Part shown: piece after piece, positions 38,359 through 49,300 of the stretch | How the letters are laid out: each line of letters starts with the position of its first letter | How positions within the stretch are numbered: the first letter of the stretch is position 1 | Virus record (IMG/VR): IMGVR_UViG_3300042892_003815 | Location: 96,001 to 160,000 of that record | Reading direction: 5' to 3' (one strand) | From: a virus | Length of the DNA stretch: 64,000 bases | The notes under the pieces: generated by a model | Told to the model about the DNA's origin: nothing | The model's input: only the letters and a program-made list of their open reading frames with translations | Database searches by the model: none | Made by a program: the position numbers and the translations under genes

Positions 38359-39807
38359 ATGTCAAAATTTAACACAACCGTAAAAGAACCAAAAACAAAA
38401 ACAATAAACCTAGCAGGTGGCGAAGCTTATTCTCAAACAAATGAATTAGCTTTAGTATCTATGTTACTAACTTCATTTGTGAATGATCAATTCTACAAAT
38501 CTGGTAATGACACATTAAAAGATTTAAGAAGTTTGATTAAGAAAGTAGATCCTGAGTTTGCCGCGAAAGCTGCTATTTATGCCCGTGATAAATTTGGTAT
38601 GAGAAGTATTACTCACGCTTTGGCTGGTGAATTGACATCAGAGTTGAAAGGTAGTGAACTAGGTAAAAACTTCTATGACAAAGTTGTAGTTCGTGTTGAT
38701 GATATGACTGAGATTATGTCATACTACTTAATGCACAAAACAAGTAAAGACAATCCAAAGTTTCCAAACTCTTTGAAAAAAGGATTTGCAAAAGCTTTCG
38801 ATAAGTTTGATTCTTACCAATTAGCAAAATACTCTGGTAAAAACAAAGATCTTAAATTGGTTGATGTAGTCAACATTGTACACCCTGTTCCAACTGATAG
38901 AAACAAAACTGCTTTAGAATTACTTGTTAAAGCAGACTTGAAAGTCACTGAAACTTGGGAAGCTAAACTTTCTCAAGCAGGTCAAGTGGCCGAAAATGAA
39001 GAAGATTTAAGTCAATTAAAAGCGGATGCTTGGACTGATTTAATCACTTCAAGAAAAATCGGTTATTTTGCACTTCTTAGAAACCTAAGAAACATCTTAA
39101 ATCAAGCACCTAATGCAGCTACTGCCGCATGTGAGTTGTTAGTAGATGAGAAAATGATTAGTAAATCAAGAGTTTTACCTTTTAGATTTGCAACTGCATA
39201 TGAAGAAATTAGTAAAATGGGATCTTCAAAAGGAGTTAGAGAAGTATTGGTTGCAATAAACCAAGCGTTAGAGGTTTCAATGTGTAATGTTCCTAAGTTT
39301 GATGGTGATACATTAGTTGTTATGGACGTTTCTGGATCAATGAGTGGAAGACCTTCTGAAATTGCATCATTATTTGGTGCGATTTTGGCAAAAGCTAACA
39401 ATGCAGATGTTTTAACATTTGCGACTAGATCAGATTATAAGTCATATAATCCATTGGATTCTGTTATGACAATTAGAAATAGTTTTAGATACTCTGGAGG
39501 TGGAACAAACTTCAAGTCAATCTTTACTACTGCTAATAAAAAATATGATAGAGTTGTTATTCTTTCAGATATGCAAGGATGGGTTGGTTACACAAGTCCA
39601 AGTGCGGAGTTTAAGCAATACAAGAAAACATATGATGCAAATCCTTATGTTTATTCTTGGGATTTGGCTGGTCTTGGGACAATGCAGTTTCCAGAAAACA
39701 ATGTATTTGCTTTAGCTGGTTTCTCCGATAAAGTTTTTGATGTTATGAAGATGATGGAAATGGATAAGAAAGCTCTTTTCAATGAAATTAAAGCTATTCA
39801 ACTTTAA
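38359..39807 (+). CDS. rsr: Ro60/TROVE-domain RNA-binding protein (TROVE + vWA)
   Basis: NLAGGEAY..., DQFY, AIYAR...GMRS, YQLAKY, ALLRNLRN, LPFRF..AY, vWA MIDAS DVSGSM, GGTN, ILSDMQ. Confidence 0.92.
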   Translation: MSKFNTTVKEPKTKTINLAGGEAYSQTNELALVSMLLTSFVNDQFYKSGNDTLKDLRSLIKKVDPEFAAKAAIYARDKFGMRSITHALAGELTSELKGSELGKNFYDKVVVRVDDMTEIMSYYLMHKTSKDNPKFPNSLKKGFAKAFDKFDSYQLAKYSGKNKDLKLVDVVNIVHPVPTDRNKTALELLVKADLKVTETWEAKLSQAGQVAENEEDLSQLKADAWTDLITSRKIGYFALLRNLRNILNQAPNAATAACELLVDEKMISKSRVLPFRFATAYEEISKMGSSKGVREVLVAINQALEVSMCNVPKFDGDTLVVMDVSGSMSGRPSEIASLFGAILAKANNADVLTFATRSDYKSYNPLDSVMTIRNSFRYSGGGTNFKSIFTTANKKYDRVVILSDMQGWVGYTSPSAEFKQYKKTYDANPYVYSWDLAGLGTMQFPENNVFALAGFSDKVFDVMKMMEMDKKALFNEIKAIQL

Positions 39808-39809
39808 TT

Positions 39810-39835
39810 AAAAACCCACTATTTTAGTGGGTTTT
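39810..39835. terminator. Bidirectional intrinsic terminator
   Basis: AAAAACCCACTA-TTT-TAGTGGGTTTT. Confidence 0.85.
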
Positions 39836-40280
39836 ATTTTTTTATTGATATAATGATTGATCTGATAGCAAATTTCACACCATCTTCAATCTCATCTAAT
39901 TTAACATCTTTGTAAGAAAAAACATGACTTGCAAAAGTAATATTTAAAATTTCATAATTCTTGTCTAACATACTTAGAAATGGTATGAATTGATCTTTAA
40001 TATCATTCCAGTAAAATGTCATCGGTTGATAGGGAGTATCAAAAACTGTTAAAGGAGTATCTGATCTGTAAGTTTCCCTTTCTCTATAAAGTGAAAGTAC
40101 ATATGAATTAGAACTTTCCGATACTCCACCTCCTCCAAATTGAGTACCTTGAGAACAATATCTATTATCTAATACTCTAACCTTAAATGTTGTGTCATCT
40201 AACAAATAAGCTAGATATGTTTCACAAAAATCTATTATTTCATTTTCATTGAAACTCTCAAATAATTTTAAATATCTCAT
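39834..40280 (-). CDS. Hypothetical protein with capsid-targeting-like leader; paralog of 12329-13087
   Basis: MRYLKLFESFNE; LAYLLDD..F.V...W.DIK..FIPF. Confidence 0.7.
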   Translation of the reverse strand: MRYLKLFESFNENEIIDFCETYLAYLLDDTTFKVRVLDNRYCSQGTQFGGGGVSESSNSYVLSLYRERETYRSDTPLTVFDTPYQPMTFYWNDIKDQFIPFLSMLDKNYEILNITFASHVFSYKDVKLDEIEDGVKFAIRSIIISIKK

Positions 40281-41107
40281 AAATTATTATTTTTTATTAT
40301 CATTTTAATGTGAGTTGAATGTGTTATTTTAACTCCAAAGTCTTTACCAACCGTATCTTGAATAAATGGAACTATAAAATCCTGTTCATATTGAATATTA
40401 TAATTTGAGGGAATTTTCTTTTTAACGGTTTCTAATGAAACTGGTAAGTAATTCTCATTTACCTCTCTTTCCCAATTATCTAAATATCTATATTTTAATA
40501 AGAAATGACAAAATGTTCTATAATTATCATCAATAGTTCCCCATCTTTTCTCAAATTGGTCTAAGTAAAAATTATCAGCTCTTTTTCTAACCTTTTTCAC
40601 ATCTTGTCTAAAGTTTTCTACTTCATTTTTATGAATTTCACAAGAAGGTATCATATCTCTAATAGTAATCCATTTGAAATTACCACCAAATACTTGTTTT
40701 TCCCAGAATTTTTTAATAACTGAGGAATGTGAATATGAATAAACTTCGTGAATAACAGAACTTAGATTAAGTAGAGGTGATTTAAAATCTTGTAGATTTT
40801 CAACAACTTGATCCCAATTATCTGTTAGTAAAGCTTCTTCTCCTAATTCATATCTAGCTCTCTTTAACATTGTTTCATCTAAATCATATCCAATTATTTT
40901 AACATTTGGTTTTAATTGTTTTACTTTAGAAAGAAAAGATCCATTGGCACAACCAAAATCTACAATAACATCAAAGTCTAATTGACTAACAAAGAATAAC
41001 TTATCTTGCATGGACTTTTCCATACCTTCAATATATCTATCTAAGTCAGATATTTCAGTTTCACCTACAAGTTCTTCTAAGAATAGTTGCCAATTGAGTA
41101 TTTTCAT
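40277..41107 (-). CDS. Class I SAM-dependent methyltransferase with capsid-targeting-like leader
   Basis: IVDFGCANG motif I, IIGYDLD, LSSVIHEVYSY; leader MKILNWQLFLEE. Confidence 0.78.
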   Translation of the reverse strand: MKILNWQLFLEELVGETEISDLDRYIEGMEKSMQDKLFFVSQLDFDVIVDFGCANGSFLSKVKQLKPNVKIIGYDLDETMLKRARYELGEEALLTDNWDQVVENLQDFKSPLLNLSSVIHEVYSYSHSSVIKKFWEKQVFGGNFKWITIRDMIPSCEIHKNEVENFRQDVKKVRKRADNFYLDQFEKRWGTIDDNYRTFCHFLLKYRYLDNWEREVNENYLPVSLETVKKKIPSNYNIQYEQDFIVPFIQDTVGKDFGVKITHSTHIKMIIKNNNL

Positions 41108-41123
41108 ATACTATATATTAAAA

Positions 41124-41888
41124 TTATCTCCAGATTTTTTCGAGGTTTATCTTAGAAGTCATTTCAACTACTTTACCATCTTTAATAAGTGAGTATCTTT
41201 GAATTGGAGCAAATGTATTTATTATTTTTTTAATCTTTATAATTTCATCTGACTCCATATCAAAATTAAATATTTGTAATAAGTTTTCAATCTCTCTATA
41301 TTTTAAGTGATTTTTATGACCGACAAAATGTGTAAAGTCATAGAAGTAAGAATTATAAACGCCAGAATTCTCCTCAGCTGATTTTACAATTAAAAAGTTA
41401 GTTAAACAGTTCTCAACACCAATTGAAGGTAAAGTATATTTATAACCATTGACTACAAAACATCTTTCTTCATAATCATAATACTTTATTAAATCCCCTA
41501 ATTGAAAGTAGTTAAAGTTTTTAGATCCAAATTCTATTTTTTCTTCTTTATCTTTATTCTTATCAAAGTAAATTAAGTTGATTGGTCTTCCTTTTGTTAA
41601 ACTAACGATTTCTAAAAATATAAATATAACATCAATACTTTTAATATCCTCATATTTATATCCGTCAGAGACTATAATATTCTTTTGAACTATTTTTTTA
41701 ATATAATAGATTACGACACCTAAATCATCTCTAACGTAGTTTTTCTCATAATCAATAATATCCTTTTTACTTGCTGATGTAACAGTTATTTTAAGGTTAT
41801 TCTTATAAAATAAACCTTGTGATGGAAGTAGTTTAATATCTATCTTTCTTTTTCTTATAAATAGTTTTCTAAAGAATTCACTTATCAT
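41124..41888 (-). CDS. Baseplate hub assembly protein (T4 gp26-like)
   Basis: IKLLPSQGLFY...I...ASKKDII...SIDVIFIFLEI pattern. Confidence 0.55.
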   Translation of the reverse strand: MISEFFRKLFIRKRKIDIKLLPSQGLFYKNNLKITVTSASKKDIIDYEKNYVRDDLGVVIYYIKKIVQKNIIVSDGYKYEDIKSIDVIFIFLEIVSLTKGRPINLIYFDKNKDKEEKIEFGSKNFNYFQLGDLIKYYDYEERCFVVNGYKYTLPSIGVENCLTNFLIVKSAEENSGVYNSYFYDFTHFVGHKNHLKYREIENLLQIFNFDMESDEIIKIKKIINTFAPIQRYSLIKDGKVVEMTSKINLEKIWR

Positions 41889-41938
41889 AGTTTATATATT
41901 ATTTTTCAGGGGCTCATGACAGAGTAATATATACTTTT

Positions 41939-42652
41939 ATGATTATAAATGGTGATGGTTATGAAGAATTATTAAAAATAGAAAGTAATTCTATTGATTT
42001 GGTTTTAATAGATCCACCTTATATTATTTCCAGAAAATCTGGTTTTAAAGGTATTACCGAGAATACACCTAAGGAACTAGCTTCAAAGTATAATATTTCA
42101 ATTGATTTTGGTGATTGGGATAAAAAAGAATTAAATTGGGAAGAACTTTTTAAACAATACTATCGCATTCTAAAGAAAGGTGGAACTTTAATTATTTTTT
42201 ATGATATTTGGAAAGCAAATGAATTAAAAGAAAATGCAGAGTTAGTTAAGTTTAAACAACCAAGAGTAGGTAGTTGGGTTAAAAATAATCCTGTTCCAAT
42301 CAATTCAAAATTAAACTATCTATCAAATTCAACAGAATATTTCTTTACATTTATAAAGGATAAAAAACCAACATTTAATTCAGAGTATGATAATGGTATT
42401 TATAAATATCCTATTTGTCATGGAAAAGAAAGATATGAACACCCTACACAGAAACCACTTGAATTGATGAAGGAGTTGATTAGAAAACATTCTAATCCTG
42501 GTGATACTGTTTTAGATTCATTTGCAGGAACTGGTACAACAGGACATGCTGCATTATTATTGGATAGAAAATATATTCTAATTGAAAAAGAGGAAAAATA
42601 TTTTGAAATTATTAAAAAACGTTTACAGAAACTAAACAAAAACGATATATAG
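41939..42652 (+). CDS. DNA N6-adenine/N4-cytosine methyltransferase (beta class)
   Basis: DLVLIDPPY catalytic motif precedes HPTQKP and VLDSFAGTGTT. Confidence 0.92.
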   Translation: MIINGDGYEELLKIESNSIDLVLIDPPYIISRKSGFKGITENTPKELASKYNISIDFGDWDKKELNWEELFKQYYRILKKGGTLIIFYDIWKANELKENAELVKFKQPRVGSWVKNNPVPINSKLNYLSNSTEYFFTFIKDKKPTFNSEYDNGIYKYPICHGKERYEHPTQKPLELMKELIRKHSNPGDTVLDSFAGTGTTGHAALLLDRKYILIEKEEKYFEIIKKRLQKLNKNDI

Positions 42653-42677
42653 TTATATAAAAAATAAAAGTTTAAAA

Positions 42678-43079
42678 ATGAGTATGATAATTAAAAATCT
42701 ACAACTTACTAATGACACAATTGGTGCATTAAATACTTTAATTGAGTTGGATATAAATGCTACAGTTGCATTTAGATTGACAAGAATTATTAAAGAATTA
42801 TCTTCAATTGTTGAAGATAAGTTAAAAATGGAGAAAAAGATCTTAGACAAGTGGGTTGAAAAAGGAGAAGATGGTAATCCGATAGTTCCGACAGGAGAAG
42901 ATGGTAATCCAATTGAAGGTACAGTAAATATTACAAATGTTGATGAGTTTACAAAAGAAATGAGTCAACTAATGGAAGTTGAAACTGAAATTCCATTTGA
43001 AAAAATAGACTTTGAAGATTTAGGTCTAACAACTGCAAAAGTTAAAGATTTAATCAAATTAGAGTTCTTATTTAATTAA
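42678..43079 (+). CDS. Hypothetical protein
   Basis: 133-aa helical/acidic ORF ending at a terminator. Confidence 0.65.
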   Translation: MSMIIKNLQLTNDTIGALNTLIELDINATVAFRLTRIIKELSSIVEDKLKMEKKILDKWVEKGEDGNPIVPTGEDGNPIEGTVNITNVDEFTKEMSQLMEVETEIPFEKIDFEDLGLTTAKVKDLIKLEFLFN

Positions 43080-43082
43080 GAC

Positions 43083-43110
43083 AAAGTCCAACGAAAGTTG
43101 GACTTTTTTT
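43083..43110 (+). terminator. Intrinsic terminator
   Basis: AAAGTCCAAC-GAAA-GTTGGACTTT plus T run. Confidence 0.88.
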
Positions 43111-43159
43111 ATAAAGTAGTTCTGATTTTTTTATATATACATAAAAAGAATTTAATTAG

Positions 43160-44776
43160 ATGCCAGCTACTTTTAGCATAAACTCCGGACAATTAACTGA
43201 ATCAACTAGAAAACCTAATATTTTCAGTGTTTTAAATGATATTCAAGATAATACACAAAAGTTAATATCTCCAAGAGACGTTAGAGATGCTTTTTTATCC
43301 ACTTGGGCAAATTCACCATTTAAAATAACAACTCCTAATTCACTAGCAAATTTTGAATATATTGGTATTGATTCTAATAATCCTGGTAATAGAGATATTA
43401 AAGAAAAAATACTATTAGGGAAAAGAAGTTATGGTAATTTAGATGTGATGAACACATTTCTATTAGGTAGTGATACTGATATATTCCTATTTAATACAAA
43501 ACCAGATTCCGTAACACAAAGTTCAACTAAAATAGGAATTTTAGCAGGTACTAATTCTAGTTTATATCATTATGCACCTTATATAGAATCTAATGTAAAT
43601 ACTAGCGAGACTGCAATAGATTTAAACATAATAAATCCTGCTCTTTCTGGTGCAATAAATATACTTTCTACAACAGGTAGGGTTGCTATAAATCAAGTAC
43701 TTTTCCCAACTGTTGCTGAAACATTTGGATCCGCATCTGATGGTAGAATATTAAGATACCGTGGTACTTATCCATCAGGATATCTTAAATGGGAAGATCC
43801 AACTATAACTCTTAATACAATTGGTACTCCTGGATATGTAACAAACATATACGGTAGTACAGTGAGTGTAAATGGATATCCAATTGAGTTTATAGATGAT
43901 GATTATGTGCCAAATACAATTGGTGGTGTAGAAATGGGTTCGTCATTTTCAGCATCGTCATTTTTTAATGGTACTACTTATCAAAACTGGCCAGTAACTG
44001 AAGTTTTAAAAGAACTTTTATATCCTTATGTACCACCTGTTTTAGAGCTTAGTGTAATAAATACAGTTACAGGTACAACATACGCAGAAGTTGGAACAAC
44101 TGCATCAGTTATTATAAATAGTAAAATTACAACATATCAAAGAAATACTAATGAAAAGATACAAAATTATCAGATTATACCTAATACAAGCTATACTGGT
44201 TTATCTTTTTCTGGTACACCAAGTTCATTTGTAGCACATGTAATAAATACATCAACATATAGTACAGTAGTAGATACAAAAACTTGGACTTTGAATGTTT
44301 CTGACTCTAGTTTAATTACTTTTTCATATAGTAAAACCGCAACAATACAATATGTTTATCCTATTTATTACGGATTTACATCATCAATTATAACTGATAT
44401 AAACTTCAATAGTATAGTATCAACTTTTAATAAGGTTATTTTACCTTATCCTGGGTCAGGAGGATCTTTCTCTTTCCCTTATAATGGTTCTGGATATTTA
44501 TATTTTATTCATGTAAAGGATAGTGTTTGGGAGAATTCAGGTGCACCTGCACAATCTGGTCTACAACAAATTAAAGATCCAAATGGATTTATAACACACG
44601 AAAGAACTGAGCTTATTTACTCTTCTTTTACTTCATCTCAAGTAACTGCCGCTATTGATTTAACACATCCTGCAACAGGTTATCCTAAAGATTTTAGAGT
44701 TTGGAGAACTAAATGGTTATGTGCTTATCCTGGACCATATTCAACAGTACCAGGTAATTTTAAATTTATATTTTAA
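43160..44776 (+). CDS. Tail/baseplate-attached structural protein (paralog A)
   Basis: S/T/N/G-rich; collinear with the next gene (DN..KLI.P+D+RDA.LS; DI..KI..GKRS; G..SWE). Confidence 0.6.
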   Translation: MPATFSINSGQLTESTRKPNIFSVLNDIQDNTQKLISPRDVRDAFLSTWANSPFKITTPNSLANFEYIGIDSNNPGNRDIKEKILLGKRSYGNLDVMNTFLLGSDTDIFLFNTKPDSVTQSSTKIGILAGTNSSLYHYAPYIESNVNTSETAIDLNIINPALSGAINILSTTGRVAINQVLFPTVAETFGSASDGRILRYRGTYPSGYLKWEDPTITLNTIGTPGYVTNIYGSTVSVNGYPIEFIDDDYVPNTIGGVEMGSSFSASSFFNGTTYQNWPVTEVLKELLYPYVPPVLELSVINTVTGTTYAEVGTTASVIINSKITTYQRNTNEKIQNYQIIPNTSYTGLSFSGTPSSFVAHVINTSTYSTVVDTKTWTLNVSDSSLITFSYSKTATIQYVYPIYYGFTSSIITDINFNSIVSTFNKVILPYPGSGGSFSFPYNGSGYLYFIHVKDSVWENSGAPAQSGLQQIKDPNGFITHERTELIYSSFTSSQVTAAIDLTHPATGYPKDFRVWRTKWLCAYPGPYSTVPGNFKFIF

Positions 44777-44782
44777 TAAGAA

Positions 44783-46303
44783 ATGGGTACATTCAGCTTA
44801 AATATAGGACTAATAACTGAAGCTAATAGTAGTCCGCTTCATATTCAAAATAATTTTGATGACATATTATTATTGTTAAAAGATAATGATACTAAACTTA
44901 TTGATCCTAAAGACTTACGTGATGCAATTTTATCAATACATTCAAGTATTCCATTTAAACAAACATCAACACATTCAATCTATCTATCAAGTAATAGTAA
45001 CAGTTATATTGGGTTGGATGCATTTGACCCAAGCGATAGAGATATTAAAAGAAAAATATTTATTGGTAAAAGATCAAATTCTGGTACATTTTCATATAAT
45101 GGATCTTATGATATTATGAATTCTACCTTATTATCAAATGATATCGATATATTTTTTTATAATACTAAGTTAGATACATTAGACAATACAATAACAAGAA
45201 TTTCTATATTAGCAGGTAAAAATAATGGTTTATATTCAATTTCACCTTTTATACAAAGTGGAATAGTATCCGGTGCTACAGAATCCTTATCATTAGACTT
45301 TGTGACAAAAGTAGGTCAAGTAAATATCACAAATGGATATGACTATTCTGCAGGCACATTTTCAATAAATACACTTACTTGGCCAAGTATTTCATATAGT
45401 AGTGCCTCTGCAAGTGATAGCACAACATTATTTTGGAGAGGTTCTACATCAAGTGGTTATTTAAGTTGGGAACAATTGACACTACCATCGATGAGTACAA
45501 TAGGAACATCTAGCCAAAGTTTATCAATTTTAGGTACACCGGTAAATGTCAATGGATATTCACTAGAGTTAGATGATACAAGATATATGCCAATATCATT
45601 AGGTGGTATCCCAATGGGAACTACATTTAGTAATGTTCCAATTGTGGATGTTTTAAGAAGAATTCTTTATCCTTATTTAGGACCATTGTGTTCAATTAGT
45701 ATTGATTCTAAATATTCAGAGGTTGGATTTCCAGTAACCCCTATTTTAACATACACTATAAACAAAAGAACAAATGTAACACTACCAATTAATCTAATAC
45801 AGATGAATCCAGGAAGTTTATTACCAATAACTACATCAGAACATAGTACGGTAACTGGTACGGCAGTAGGTATAATACCAAATAGTTTAACTTCAACGGA
45901 AATTGTTTTCTCAGTGGTTGTTAGTGATGGTATTAGAACTGCAACTGCAAGTACTTTTATTAAAGGAATTTATCCATATTTTTATGGTATAGTATCAAGT
46001 ACAATAACTCCACAATCTTTATTAAATAACTTAACAAAGAAGATTGAATATTTAGGAGAAAAGATAATAAGTGTTAGTGGATCAGGTGATTTTTATTTTA
46101 TGTATGATAGTGATTACCCAGATTTAGCACAAGTTATAGATGATGTTGGAAATGATGTTACTATATTCTTTGGTACTCCAACAATACAAACAAGAATGGA
46201 TCCAAATGGAAATTGGACATCAAAAACTTATAAAGTTTATAAATGGAGTATGATAACTCCGATATTAAATCCAGTGAGTTATAAATTTATACATTTACCG
46301 TAA
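44783..46303 (+). CDS. Tail/baseplate-attached structural protein (paralog B)
   Basis: Full-length similarity to 43160-44776. Confidence 0.6.
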   Translation: MGTFSLNIGLITEANSSPLHIQNNFDDILLLLKDNDTKLIDPKDLRDAILSIHSSIPFKQTSTHSIYLSSNSNSYIGLDAFDPSDRDIKRKIFIGKRSNSGTFSYNGSYDIMNSTLLSNDIDIFFYNTKLDTLDNTITRISILAGKNNGLYSISPFIQSGIVSGATESLSLDFVTKVGQVNITNGYDYSAGTFSINTLTWPSISYSSASASDSTTLFWRGSTSSGYLSWEQLTLPSMSTIGTSSQSLSILGTPVNVNGYSLELDDTRYMPISLGGIPMGTTFSNVPIVDVLRRILYPYLGPLCSISIDSKYSEVGFPVTPILTYTINKRTNVTLPINLIQMNPGSLLPITTSEHSTVTGTAVGIIPNSLTSTEIVFSVVVSDGIRTATASTFIKGIYPYFYGIVSSTITPQSLLNNLTKKIEYLGEKIISVSGSGDFYFMYDSDYPDLAQVIDDVGNDVTIFFGTPTIQTRMDPNGNWTSKTYKVYKWSMITPILNPVSYKFIHLP

Positions 46304-46332
46304 ATGAAAATTAAAAAATATATATATAGAGT

Positions 46333-49300
46333 ATGGCAATTAAAATAACCGATAACTTTCAAGTAAATATTAAAAATCCAATAGACAATAGATTTGTTGT
46401 TGGTTCTCAGTCTATACCAGGTGGTACAAGCAGTATATACCCTACTCCTTTCTATGCATATAGAGATGATATAAGTTCTAATATTGGATTTGTATATCCA
46501 GGTCTTAGAATATGGGATTTCAATGATAACTTACCTTATGTTTGGACTGGAACAACTTGGTCAAATGAAAATATAACAGGTGCATCAGTATTAAGCTCCG
46601 GAACTCCAGCATTTAGTGCAGGTGGTGGTTATCAAAACTATATAACAAAGTTTTATGATACATCAACTGTTCTAACAAAGAGTTTATTTTTTGATAATAA
46701 TGTTCACGTTTCTTTAGGAAGTATTACTTCAGTAAACCCTAACAATTCTGGTGGATTAGCTTCACCGTCACTTAATGGAACTCCTAATGGTTTAACACAA
46801 GGATTACACATAAATGGTCGTATAAGAACAAATGCTGGATTTGTTGGAGATGGTAGTTATATTAGTGGTTTAAATGCTGAAAATATTGGCGGTGGACCAT
46901 TAGGAACTGGAACATTAAAACTACCATTTATTTCTACCAATGGTGTTATTCCTGGTGCTACATATGTACTTACTAGTAATACCACAAACAGTCCTATGAC
47001 ACAATGGCAAGATATATTAAATGTTGCACCATTTTGGGAACCTTCAAATTTACCTATAAATACAACATTACCTAATTATAGTGGAGCCGTTTTATATAGT
47101 GGACAGAATACAAGTGCTAACTATTATGAATTCTTTAGTTTAGTATCAAGTGGTTTACAAATAGATGCTGCAGTAAATGGTAGTGTTAGAATAGAAAGTA
47201 AGGCAGGTCAAAATTTAGGCGGAGGTAGTGCATCAGTTTATAAACAATTAAACCCTACTACTAAAATACATGAGTTTAAAACAATAACTTCAGACTTTAT
47301 GAATATCACTGAAGTTGGTGATGTTATAAAACTTGATAATAATATAACATCTAGTTCTTTGCAAGTAAGTGCAAATGGTCCACACGGTATAACAATTGAG
47401 ATTCCTGCTTCTTTTGAGGGTACAGACTATTATGTAAATGGATTTTATAATCCTAGTCTTACTCAGCTAGGAACTCGTTCTAAACCATTTTCATCACTAC
47501 AAAACTGTCTTGATAAAATACTAAATAGAGGTGCATTTAATGATCCTAATATAAATAATGGTCTACCATATGAAAAATGGGAAGTAAGAACTGGACCAAA
47601 CGCGACAAAACCTAGTTACACTAATGGTTATATTAGTAGTCTACCTGGTAATGGTGCAGTTAGAGTTATTATACAGTCTTATGTACGAGCATTTGAAAAT
47701 CTTGCAATACATGGAGTAACATACTTTTTAGAAAAAGGAGGTTATAACTCACATATTGTAGTTATTCCATCCGCTATAAATGATACAGCTACTGGTCAAC
47801 CATTTGAATATCTTTTTGATACTACACCTCTTGTTGATGCAGCACCTAGAAGTAATCCATATTTTACTACAAATGGTATACCTAATGGCACTCCACTAAA
47901 TAATAATCCTGGAGAGTTAGACTATGAAATTACTTGTGGTTTAGAAGGAAGTGGAACACTTACTTTTGAACCTGGACATACTACTAGAAAAGGTTTTATT
48001 AAACATAAAGGAACTAATAGTTATGATTGGCTTATTGCAAATCCATCAAGTCCGTTAAATACTCCAGCAGTCTTTGCTGCGGCAAGTAACTTTCCACCAC
48101 AACGTGGTTCTTATTTTTCACTAGGTAGTGTAGGTGGATACATAAGTTTTAATATGTATCCGTTACCAACAGCAGCATCACTTATAACAACTGCACCGCA
48201 TATATCTGGTACAGTTTCTATGACAATGGAGGATGGTAATCCTTATAATAGAGAAGGAACTGATATGATTGGATTTTTAACAACTTCAACACCCACTTAC
48301 GGATTTATACAAGTAGAAGGTAGAAACTCAATGTTTTATCAATCTATGTGGCTAAATGGTACTATGGTATTGACTCCAATTGAACAACATATGATTTTTT
48401 TGAAAGATTATGGAAGTATATATTCTGATAATGGTAGGATTTATATGAGAAGAAATTATCAGAATGTAGTTTTTAGTAGTGTAGAGTATGTGTCAGACAG
48501 ACTAAATAGTCAGGCGTTTGGTGCAAATAATCTTAGTGCGGGAAATAATGGTAATTACTTTAGAGTAATTAGTCTTGGAAATACAAATCCTACTAGTACT
48601 GCAGCCGGTTCTTGGAAAGGTATAGCACAACCAACCTCTTGGAGAAAAGCAATAGGTGGTGCAACCTCACCAACCCCATATCCAACTATTTCAGTAGGAG
48701 ATGTTTTTAGATCAAATGGTACTCCAGCCACAGGAACTGGTACAATCGCATTTTGTGGTAAGAGATATCTTCCATCAACCCATGTACATGATATTTATTT
48801 AAAAAATGGTGGTTCGTTACAACATGGTGGAGATTTTTATTCACAACAAAACACTGGTATGACCGAAGGAGGAGCAGATTCATTTGTATGTTTGGAAAAT
48901 AGTATTGTATCTACTGGTGATACTACACATCCTAATCGTTATGGTAGAAGTAGTACTTTTTGTGAGTTTTCCGCAAATGGTGGTGGATATGTAACTAATC
49001 TACACTATAACTACTATATTAAATCGATTTTGCATACATCTTACGGTGACTATTCCGATAACTCAGTATCATTTAAAAATCTAAAAATAGACTCTAGTAT
49101 ATTCAAGGGTGTTATTAGAGTAGAAGATAATTTCGGAAATAATTGGAATAAACTAGCATTTGGAGGAACTTTTAAAAACTGCTATATTGGAAATATTCGA
49201 TATGGTGGAACTGCAATAATGCCATTTTCAAATATGCCGATCTATATCGGTGATGGTAATTATGGTCCAGTAGGGAATCGTAAGATAGTTATTGGTGGAA

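Noticed and set aside
41939-42652. Restriction-modification system
   Set aside because: Orphan methyltransferase with no adjacent endonuclease; typical phage anti-restriction gene.
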